From Candidatus Iainarchaeum sp. (GTDB taxonomy: Archaea > Iainarchaeota > Iainarchaeia > Iainarchaeales > JACQJH01): a stretch of DNA of 32,000 nt. This document shows positions 6,301 to 13,900 of this stretch, one piece after another; position 1 is the first letter of the stretch; the number at the start of each line of letters is the position of its first letter. The DNA lies in NCBI GenBank assembly GCA_016205145.1, contig JACQJH010000001.1, positions 270,001 through 302,000 of the forward strand. Reading direction: 5' to 3'. The translations under genes were made by a program, and so were the position numbers. The notes beneath the pieces are model-generated. The model worked only from the letters and a program-made list of their open reading frames with translations, was not told the DNA's origin and did not search any database.

Positions 6301-9300
6301 TCAGGTCGTACCGGTCCATTGAAAAGTAGCCCATGCCCGCCCAAGGCCTGCCGTTTTCCCAGTGCGCCGGGTTGAATACAAGGATATCGTCCTTGCGCAG
6401 TTTTTTGGGCGCCCTTGAAGCGAAATTTCCGTAAACGTTTATGCCGTAAACCCCGGCTATGTCGCGGTCGCCGTCGACCTTTATTGTCTTGTGATTTGTG
6501 TTCGGGCCCGGCACCAGTTCGAAGTCTTTTTCTGACAGGCTCAGGCCGCCTTCGGTTCCGCCTGAGCATCTTCCGTCCTGGTAGCACAGCCTTATCCGCA
6601 CCGGCTGGCTTATGTTCGGGCAGTTTTCAATTGAAACCGTGATTTCGCCGGTGGGATCGAAGAATGGCGTGCCTGGATTGTCGGCGAGTTCGCGCCTGCC
6701 GTTTTCCGGAGAATAGCTGATGCAAGTTGAAAGGTTGACAAGGCTGATTCTTCCGCTGAAATCCCTTGTTGCCTGGGTTTCGTCGAAGCCGTGCTCGGAT
6801 TTTAGCAGGCCGTTAACCTGAATGTCGAATCCCGCATCATTGTTTTCCGCGCCGAGCTTTGAAGTGAAGACAAGGCTTGCGGAAACGCTTTGCCCGGCCG
6901 GAATTTTTTCAAGCACGCCGATGGGCACGTTCGGCGGCAATGCGTACAATCCGATTTCCCTTCCCGTGCCGTCCTTCAATGAAAGTGAAACGTCGCCGAG
7001 ATGGCCGCCGCTGTTGGGCTGGTACGAAAACTTCAATCCGTCCAGGGCAATCGGCGTGCCGTCGATTTCGCAGTTGTTGGTTATGCTGGAGATGTGCCCG
7101 TCGGTTTTCCCGTTGTCCGTGAAGTCAACCCAGTCGGGGTTGTCGATTGAAACGCATGGCGTTGCGGGAACGTCGCCGAGGGAAATCGCAACTTTCAGCG
7201 GCAGTTGCACGTCATAGGTTTTTGCGAACGCCGCGTTCTCGAAAGTGAAAAGCGCCTGGCCGTCCACGCTCTCGTTTTTGGCGATGAGCAGAGGTGAAAT
7301 GATTTTGGTTTTGATTATGCCTGAAACCTCTTTTTCCTCGAGGCCCGCAAGTTTCAGGCCATTGCCGGAGTCCACGCCGGTTTTAGCGCGCAGGAACGAA
7401 AGCATTGAAGTGTAGTCGAGCAGTGCAAAGAACCTGGAATTTTTTCCGGACAGGCCTGCCTCAGCAAGCCCCAGTTCGGCGCCGGAAAAATTTTTCATGG
7501 TCAGGGTTTCCTGTATTATTTCCTCCGTCCTGTTCCGCGAGTTCACGCCTGACGCGAGGCTTTCAGGCTCGAATGCGATTATTTCATCCGAAACCACGAG
7601 CTTCAATTGCGCGTCCTGCCAGTAGCCGATTTTTTCGGCTTCGAAAACAATTTGCGTCGATGGCGAGCTTGCCGGCAGATGGAACACGGCTTTTCCCTGG
7701 CCATCGCTCAGGCAGTTGTTGCCTGAAATGCATGAAAGCATTGTTTCGGTTCCGTCGGCAAGCCTTTTCCTCGCCTTCAACAGCACGTTCTCCAGCAGCT
7801 TCCCCTGGCGGTCTTTCACCGTCACAAGAATGTCTTTTTCCTCGAATGCGTGCAATTTGTCAGGTTCGGCTGACAGGACAAGCGACTCGTTTTTCCTTGT
7901 CCGGAAGCCGATTTTTTCCCTGAACAGTGTCTGTCCCGCGGAAAAGATTTTTGTTTCAAGCGAGTTCGCCTGCACCTTGCTGCCGCGTATCCGCAATTTC
8001 ACGAGCACGCTTTTTCCCTTTGAAAAGTTTGGCAGGGGGATTGCACTTATTTTGGATGCGTTGAAGTTCGCATTTTCGACAATGTTTGACTGCGTGTCAA
8101 GAACAGAATAGCCTTCGATTGCAATGCCGTTGTCCTCCGCGTTCCTGGAATCAACGCTTGAAATTGAAAGCGCGGGCTGTGCAAACTCCGCATCCGAGTT
8201 GTTCCTGATTATGAACGAAACCTCGTATGGCGCGAAAACAATGATGTCGTACGGCGGATCGAGGAAAAGGTTTTCGCGGAGGTCCAAGACTTTTTCGCCG
8301 GCATAGCAGAAATCGGAATCACAGCGGACCAGCACACCTTCCTGGAAATCGCTCAAGTCAAACGTTTTCGCGTACAGCTCTTTTTTTGACGCGGTTTCAC
8401 GCGCGGCCCCCAACTCGGTGTCGGCAGGCATCCTGCTGTAAGAGTCTCCGCTGGCAGTCCACGCCCTGTAATGCATTGGCAGCGGCGAGAACGCGGGCGT
8501 GGAACTTTTCACCACGACTTCAAAGCCGGCTTCAGCCACCATTTCTTTTCCGTCCGGTGCAAACCTTGCGTTCGCCCATTTTCCGGGCATGCCTGTCTGC
8601 GGCACGGGATTTTCCGCATCAGTGCCCGCCGGAGGATTGTAAGCTGCGCCCTTTTCAATTGCCGCGTTTCCTATGTCCACTGCGCCTACGAAAAGGTTTT
8701 CGCCGGCAATTCCTGCCTGGTCGCCTGCCCTGAAATGGACGCCGGCGCCTTCAACGCCTGCGGGAACGCTCAGGCGAAACAATGCAATGTACGAATGGCC
8801 TGCTTCCATTGCATTGCTTTGCCTGTAATTGTCAAGCATTCCAATGAATTCGATTTTTGGTCCGGCAATGCCGCCTTGCAGTGGCAGTTCGCCGGAAAAT
8901 TCCGCCTTGGTGTTTGCGAAAAGCGTTTTCGGGATTGTCGTGAAAGAAACATGGCCGGGCGAGGTTATGACCACAAAGGCTTTCTGCCCCGCCCTTATTT
9001 TCTGCGAAGCCTTTCCGTTTGGCAGATCAAATTTTGCAATGCTTTCTCCGAGCATGTTGAAGAATTCGGCCTGCGAGTTTTGGAGCGGCGCGCCTTGTTC
9101 ATCAGTTGCCTCGATTTCAACATCGGCATCGCCTATGACCAGCCTTACCCTGAATTCGTTCAGCTCCTTTTTCAGGATTTTTTTGGCAATCCCTTTCGGC
9201 GCGGCGTATGCCTGCGCCTTGTACGCCGAAGGGTAAAGCGTTTCCTCTTTCACTCCCGCCCACAATGCAACGCCGTTGGCGTCGGTTGAACGCGCGGGAT

Positions 9301-10831
9301 ACGGCGCGAGATTCCCGTTTTCAAACAACAGCTTTGCAATCGCGCCTTCGACCGCAACATCGTCCTCGTCGAAAACCTGCACCCTCACCTTTCCGGAGTT
9401 TTCCTCCGTGACTTTTTCCAGTTCGATTGAAACGTTCTGCTCGCCGCTGAGCGAGGCAATGCCTGCCGTGCCGTAAAAATAGTCGTCCTGCGAAACCACG
9501 ATTGCCAGGTTTGCCTGCGGGTCGAAGAATGAAACGATTGCGTCTTCGCCGCCTGTGCCGGTTTTTCCCGTGCCTATTTCAGCGCCGTTTGCATTGCGCA
9601 CGGAAACAACTGCATTTCCAATCCTGCCGCCCGAACCTTTTTCAATTGCTGAAACAACGAGTCTGGCGCGCACGTTCCTTGAAACAACCGCATTCACGGC
9701 CGTTTCCTGTGCTGGCAGGACTTCAATGCCCTGCTGAGAATAGCCGGAATACGCGCCGTTCGCATCCGAAACAACAACAGAATACCTGCCCGGCAGGAGG
9801 CCCTTGAAGACTGCCTGTCCATAATATTCCGTGTTTTTTTCCGCGACCAGCCCGCCTTCGAAATCATTTAGCCGCACCGAAAAATTCGTTGACGTGACAA
9901 TGCCTTGCTTTTCATCCGCTATCGTCACCCGGATTTTTCCCGCAATCGCCAAGTCCGCCCCGGTTTCGCGGATTTTTCCCTCGCAGTCATTTGCGCACGC
10001 GTTTGCGTCCTCGCTGTTCTGGCATACGCCGTCACCGCAAACCGCGCCCGCCCCGCTCACGCCGCCGGACAAGAGCTCTGGTGTCAAGGTGAGAGTGTTG
10101 ACGGGCTGGGGCAATTGGAATGTTTCCTCGCCAAAGCCGGACGCAAGCACAGTCGCGGAGAGACCGATGCACTCTGAAACGTTTTCAACGATTATTTTTC
10201 CGTCGCCGTCGTCGTCCGCCAAAACTTCTATGGGCAGAGTGCCCTGCCTGCATGAAAGCCTGACGCTTGTGCCCTTTCTTGCAACGCGCTCGCCGCTTGG
10301 GGCCTTGAAAATTATCGTCTTAGTTGGAACTTCCACGCCGGCATATTGCAGGACGATTTTCTGTTCCACGCCGGCCTGAACCGCAAACGTGCCGGCGAAA
10401 CCTGAAACGGTTTTGCCGTTCACAAGCTGTTCCCTCACGGCAATTTCAATGCTGTCAGCATTTCCTGCCGCCACTGAAAACCTGCCATCTGCGCCGGAAA
10501 CAGCTTCGCCGGCAGCGCTTCCAACAATGAAATTGATTTTCACACTTGACAGGCCCTGTCCGGTCAGGTCAACAACCGCAAAATCCGCGTGAACGCCCTG
10601 ATTTGGCATTGCCTGCTGCAAAAAAATGGCCGCGCCGAACACTAGAACAAGCAAAACCATTGCCAGCAGCAATGCAAACGACGGCACAACCCTGTCGACC
10701 GCGTCAACAACGCCGTAAACAGGCGCGCCCTTCGCCTGCAATGCGTCAAGCAGGGAATAATACCTGTCTTCCGCCGAATAATAGAGTTCTTTCAGTTTTC
10801 CAAGCAAGCCCATGTAGAACAGCCTTTTCAT
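3368..10831 (-). CDS. Giant membrane-anchored surface protein, paralogue 1 (2487 aa)
   Basis: Uninterrupted 7.46-kb ORF. It has the N-box GLLGKLKELYYSAEDRYYSLLDALQAKGAPVYGVVDAVDRVVPSF and the TM helix ALLLAMVLLVLVFGAAIFL. Beta-sandwich repeats follow, e.g. KIRVTIADEKQGIVTSTNFSVRLNDFEGGLVAEKNTEYYGQAVFKGLLPGRYSVVVSDANGAYSGY. It also has a CGDGVCQNSEDANACANDC motif, a central hydrophobic block and a C-terminal module (NPDGIYCDATQFSIAL, DGYSDDFQKDFAEFY, FYYLPFDGKVGVGTSNGRQGYG). It is collinear with giants 2 and 3. An alternative start is ATG 10813 (MGLLGK). Confidence 0.97.
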   Translation of the reverse strand: MKRLFYMGLLGKLKELYYSAEDRYYSLLDALQAKGAPVYGVVDAVDRVVPSFALLLAMVLLVLVFGAAIFLQQAMPNQGVHADFAVVDLTGQGLSSVKINFIVGSAAGEAVSGADGRFSVAAGNADSIEIAVREQLVNGKTVSGFAGTFAVQAGVEQKIVLQYAGVEVPTKTIIFKAPSGERVARKGTSVRLSCRQGTLPIEVLADDDGDGKIIVENVSECIGLSATVLASGFGEETFQLPQPVNTLTLTPELLSGGVSGAGAVCGDGVCQNSEDANACANDCEGKIRETGADLAIAGKIRVTIADEKQGIVTSTNFSVRLNDFEGGLVAEKNTEYYGQAVFKGLLPGRYSVVVSDANGAYSGYSQQGIEVLPAQETAVNAVVSRNVRARLVVSAIEKGSGGRIGNAVVSVRNANGAEIGTGKTGTGGEDAIVSFFDPQANLAIVVSQDDYFYGTAGIASLSGEQNVSIELEKVTEENSGKVRVQVFDEDDVAVEGAIAKLLFENGNLAPYPARSTDANGVALWAGVKEETLYPSAYKAQAYAAPKGIAKKILKKELNEFRVRLVIGDADVEIEATDEQGAPLQNSQAEFFNMLGESIAKFDLPNGKASQKIRAGQKAFVVITSPGHVSFTTIPKTLFANTKAEFSGELPLQGGIAGPKIEFIGMLDNYRQSNAMEAGHSYIALFRLSVPAGVEGAGVHFRAGDQAGIAGENLFVGAVDIGNAAIEKGAAYNPPAGTDAENPVPQTGMPGKWANARFAPDGKEMVAEAGFEVVVKSSTPAFSPLPMHYRAWTASGDSYSRMPADTELGAARETASKKELYAKTFDLSDFQEGVLVRCDSDFCYAGEKVLDLRENLFLDPPYDIIVFAPYEVSFIIRNNSDAEFAQPALSISSVDSRNAEDNGIAIEGYSVLDTQSNIVENANFNASKISAIPLPNFSKGKSVLVKLRIRGSKVQANSLETKIFSAGQTLFREKIGFRTRKNESLVLSAEPDKLHAFEEKDILVTVKDRQGKLLENVLLKARKRLADGTETMLSCISGNNCLSDGQGKAVFHLPASSPSTQIVFEAEKIGYWQDAQLKLVVSDEIIAFEPESLASGVNSRNRTEEIIQETLTMKNFSGAELGLAEAGLSGKNSRFFALLDYTSMLSFLRAKTGVDSGNGLKLAGLEEKEVSGIIKTKIISPLLIAKNESVDGQALFTFENAAFAKTYDVQLPLKVAISLGDVPATPCVSIDNPDWVDFTDNGKTDGHISSITNNCEIDGTPIALDGLKFSYQPNSGGHLGDVSLSLKDGTGREIGLYALPPNVPIGVLEKIPAGQSVSASLVFTSKLGAENNDAGFDIQVNGLLKSEHGFDETQATRDFSGRISLVNLSTCISYSPENGRRELADNPGTPFFDPTGEITVSIENCPNISQPVRIRLCYQDGRCSGGTEGGLSLSEKDFELVPGPNTNHKTIKVDGDRDIAGVYGINVYGNFASRAPKKLRKDDILVFNPAHWENGRPWAGMGYFSMDRYDLKVFPGSEDKTALYNNAYIEQVKVRADGCVWKDLQNTDRAKFRSYVKTAALIATSIQVSVTVTALLSIGLGVSIGGVTAALAGGTTAATIGTSFAINIAIGVIAYFAVMLLADLFFSCHDVHAVNTLPAFVINLGGSTSLKDPSLKVPPDTSDDMLSVSGFDGKIKPEWNFREGRDGLFETQEIDFSNQGYGSDLPEYGILTVSANEHVHGDFRHDNENGSHGTGDDSYDIECSSGTLAEYNIGDSPEQGSCNGISTRTYSQKFHIRVQTKELQQWQPVQLSNNVFACNANGRTGEGALPKVNLNWKWTTDGSDNINAESCDADNPDGIYCDATQFSIALTQKMQFLREFFDANPVFFCPVNPEYKVRQGVAEENTRTASQKDVPAGKIGLQRLRYDKDENDNFKFTVEVFNRTSEDRTVKVHFRLRGTEGNAVSGDEEKEISVARNSSAELGFDGNALGKSGHPFIAYALFAPGFVNALPASDATHYSTDNLQLLFWNFSPPADEECWLKNTTYEVMPGVSGVEAFFDRDLETFGELINADQQEPNWTEHVPDKETLRKLLRPRVNLIRDGYSDDFQKDFAEFYAHKTFYNTPSYFDSDGTGKFADYFADTDRLDFQYTTSSDKLPDAGTYDAQAWIDFGDGWKFFGPDGKPKAKILVKFYYKGYPEPQSTFYYLPFDGKVGVGTSNGRQGYGLNYLNSGQAVKISTENSQDIIETKPIENSDAMTLLRTKIEADPAKINGLADTRGALLSVRRATGTDKEMTFSPNYATPVVMKMSSDKTDGSRLSAYYQLFQAGQPKTLGTVFAYWAGMSNCKDFSGDFASNVFWDRPDRKGNSSDPVPGAENAYAVDWQSAEKKGNVFLKTVVFTPANSNYVLKALSPGDGTLSFTTMNSETGTTVNLNGLGGMKKNNLASNGTVQELNDLFRMVGDQTVCLSDSGDKSVFYWNALKLFEENGAGGKSVEGFESGLSAGNTCIS
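3371..5950 (-). other. Conserved C-terminal module of giant 1 (about aa 1627-2487), function unknown
   Basis: It aligns by eye along its length with giant 2, e.g. LIRDGYSDDFQKDFAEFYAHKTFYNTPSYF vs IMRDGFTQDFQKDFDEFAKTKSFFATPSYY, and FSPNYATPVVMKMSS vs YSPSFATPVLLRVSS. A 24-nt stretch is identical at DNA level (5285-5308 = 12777-12800). Confidence 0.65.
5950..6170 (-). other. Central hydrophobic hinge of giant 1 (about aa 1556-1626), 2-3 predicted TM-like segments
   Basis: YVKTAALIATSIQVSVTVTALLSIGLGVSIGGVTAALAGGTTAATIGTSFAINIAIGVIAYFAVMLLADLFFSC is about 70 residues, nearly free of charge and rich in G/A/T/I/V. Confidence 0.6.
8935..10600 (-). repeat. Intragenic tandem array of carboxypeptidase-regulatory-like/Ig-like beta-sandwich domains (giant 1, about aa 78-632)
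   Basis: A recurrent ~80-90 aa pattern: alternating hydrophobic strand (xVxVxVxD), G..l..A.V, T...G.a.f..l.pG.Y.v.v...gy. Examples start at RARLVVSAIEKGSGGRIGNAVVSVRNANG and GKVRVQVFDEDDVAVEGAIAKLLFENG. Confidence 0.6.
10607..10831 (-). other. Conserved N-terminal box plus signal-anchor TM (giant 1)
   Basis: See the three-way alignment in findings. The hydrophobic helix begins only at about aa 53, so this is not a classical cleaved Sec signal. Confidence 0.7.
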
Positions 10832-10846
10832 ATAATGGGCATTCGG

Positions 10847-10862
10847 CTATAAAAGTTTTCTC
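10847..10862 (-). promoter_or_regulatory. BRE/TATA-like promoter of giant 1 (GAGAAAAC-TTTTATAG on the minus strand)
   Basis: TTTTATAG (10847-10854) ends 15 nt before ATG 10831 and 33 nt before ATG 10813. The purine-rich GAGAAAAC lies immediately upstream. The AAACTTTT core is shared with the box at 31143-31156. Confidence 0.5.
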
Positions 10863-10919
10863 GCACGCGCTTTCGATCGCGTGTGCCGAAACTAAGGCGT
10901 ATTGCTACGGCAATACGCC
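10862..10919 (-). terminator. Two-hairpin 3'-end element, copy B (candidate terminator downstream of giant 2)
   Basis: The minus strand reads GGCGTATTGC-CGTA-GCAATACGCC (perfect 10-bp stem, 10896-10919), then TTAGTTTCGGCA, then CACGCG-ATCGAAAG-CGCGTG. It starts 57 nt after the giant-2 stop, in sense orientation. It is homologous to copy A at 1610-1664. Confidence 0.5.
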
Positions 10920-10976
10920 GAGTAAACTATTGCAGAATTAAATGTTTCCGGGGCGTGCGAGTGGCAGAGTTCCCTA

Positions 10977-13900
10977 TTATGGCAGTTCCCTTGGCCCGGT
11001 CTTGGGTTCGGTCTGCGTGCACGCGGCTTCCGCGGCATTCATCTGGCCCTGCATGTTTTCAAGTATGGGCTTGGGGTTCCAGAAGAACGCGCTGAAAGCC
11101 CTTGAAGAAGAGCCATCAACACACAATGCGCCGTCGTTGACAAGATTGAAAACGTCCTGCAAAGTGTTTATGCCGCTGCCCGGCGAATTGTTCGCCATGC
11201 CGGAAACTCCGACCAATGCGACCTTGTCTCCCGCCTCGTCCGCGGTTGAAAGGCTGGCGCTCTGCGAAGCCGAAGTGATGTAAATCCTTGACGAAACGTT
11301 TTGCGGCGTGAAAATGACAGTGCTCAAGCCGACGCTGGTCGAAGCTCTCTTGGGCGAGCACCATTCAAAGCCGTAAGAAGTGGAAACCGCATCCCCGAGA
11401 ACGCGCGCGCACTGTTTCTCAAGGGCCTGCCTGTCCCTGGCATTGTAAAACCTTTCCGCCGCAAGCGCGTCGTCAAAGTCCCTGCATGCTCCCCCAACGC
11501 CCGTCCATTCCGACAGGTATGTCGAGGTTCCGAACGGAGTGCCGCCAATGTCGACTCCGTAGAAAGCGTAAGCAGATTCGGCAACCGGGCTTGAAACCCT
11601 CAACAATACCGGCGTCGCAAAGCTCGGGCTGTAATCCAGCTTTGTTGTTTCGCCTTGCGTTGAAACGCTCAGAACTATTCCGCGTTCCGTCTGGTTCAGT
11701 GTCCTGAAATCGTTGTTGAAGCTTGCCAAAATCCAGCCGTTTGGCACGGGCAATGAAGTCGGCGAATTGGTTGCAAACACCGGCTGTGAGGAATCAGCAT
11801 TGATTTTGATTGACTTTTCCGATTCTTGCCTGAAGTTGACGCCATAGCCCTGCCTGCCATTCGCGCTGTCCAATCCGACTCTTCCGTCAAACGGCAGATA
11901 ATAGAACGGGCTCTCCGGGTTCGGCGCGGCTTCTCTCGTCAGCTTGACTTCGATGAAAACATCGGGCTTTCCGTCCCTGTAAAAGTCCCAGTTTTCGTTG
12001 TTGAACTTGATGTTCATTTCAACCAAATATTTGCCTGCTTCGGCAAAGCCTATTGCCTGGCCGGGCACAATGAATTTGAACCTGTTCGTGTCGCCGAACA
12101 GCTCTCCAAGCCCGTCGTTTTCGGTGTAATAGCTTGGCGTTGCAAAGAACGACTTTGTCTTTGCGAACTCGTCGAAGTCCTTCTGGAAGTCCTGCGTGAA
12201 ACCGTCGCGCATTATGCTCGCCTCAAACCTCAAGTCCTTCAACGCCTTCTCCGAACCAGGCAGTTTGCCCCGTTCAAGCTCGGTCGCAACAACGTAATCG
12301 GAGAACTTCTTTGTGCTGTAATCCCCGCAGTCCTGCAATCCCGAGAAACCCCATGCAAAGTCGCTGTTCAAATGGTCGTTTGCCTTTTCCGCGTTCTTGC
12401 AGTCGGCGCACAATGCGACTGTGGCGTTCGCGTCAATCTGGTACTGGCCCTGCCTCAGGCCGTCAACTATGCAGCTTGTGCTTGACTTTGTCTGCACTGA
12501 AACGTCTTCCTCGCATTCCTTGACAACCGAGCCGTCAGCCGCCTTGACAGTGGTCTTCACTTTCGCCTGAACCGCCTGCGCATTCGAATTGCTGACCGTT
12601 ACGACAACCTCGCCGGTGTTGTTGCCGAGCTTCCTGACCTGGGTCCTCGTTATCCCCGCATCCGCGTCAATTTCGCTCAACGACTGTTCCCTTATGGACG
12701 AAACCGATTCGGGTGAAGCGCATTCGAACGGCCTGTTGGCCTCGACAAAGTCCCTGAAATCCTGCAATTTCTTGAGCAATGCAATGCTGAACTGCGTTGC
12801 ATCACAGTAGATTCCATCCGGGTTCGAGGCATCGCAGCTGTTTTCCTTGACACTGCTCCAGCTCCAGCCTATGCCCTTTGCAAGGCCGATTGCGGGCAGG
12901 GCCTCTTTTCCGGTCGAGCCGATCCTTGCGCCAAGCTGGCAGTTGTTCAAAGTTACCGCCGGGCAGGGGAAAGTGTTCGGGCCGCATTCCTTGGGATCGA
13001 ATGAATTGAACTGCAAATGGAATTTTTCGAGTATTTTGTTCCTGTCCTCTGTTGTCTTCTTTTCATTGGCTTTCGGCTGGTCGGGCTCCCTTTTGCCCTT
13101 GTAGCCTTCGGTTTCAAACTGCTGCCTTCTCGCCTGCACCTTCAACAGCCTGAAAAACGGCACTGTCGGGTCGGCCTGCTTTATTCCCTTTGAATTGATG
13201 AACGCCAGATCCTGCAGATAGTTCGCAAGCAGGGGATCATCCTGCCTTGGAATGCTTGAATTCGTGTCAAGAATCTGCAATACGATGTCCTTGCTTTCCT
13301 CTTCAGCAATAGTTGCCGTGCCCGCGCCGGTGGCCGGCTCGATTTTTTCGCCCGTCATCAGCAATTTGATTTCCCCGACAAGCGCATCCTTGGCAATGAT
13401 TGTAAACTTCACGTCATCCTGGTTGTTGTAAGCCATCCACGTGCCGAAAATCAGGCCATACATGCCGTAGCTGTAAGGATTGGGCTTGCCGAGAATGGCC
13501 GAACCGGCGCCGATCAAAACACTTGTCATGAGCTGTGGCAGTCCGCCCTGCCCGCCAAGCGCTCCGCCGCCGGTCAAAATGTAGCCCATCGGATTCTCTG
13601 CAAAAGTTGGATATTGGCCCGAACCCATCTGCGGCCCGCCGCCAAACAGCGTGCCCTGCTGTCCAAACAAATCGTACCCCGTCAAAGGCGCGGTCACAAG
13701 GCCGGTGGAAGGCGAAACATCCGAGCCCTGCGCCAGGCCGGCGATGGAGGAATGCGAAATGTCTTCTGACAAGCTGGCCGACTGTGAAGTCCATTGCGTG
13801 CACGCGTCGCTGTCGCCGGAATCGCATTTGACTTTCAATGCTTCAAGCCCTGTCACTTCAAAGATGTTGGTTCCTGATGATTCAAGGCTTTTTGACTTGT

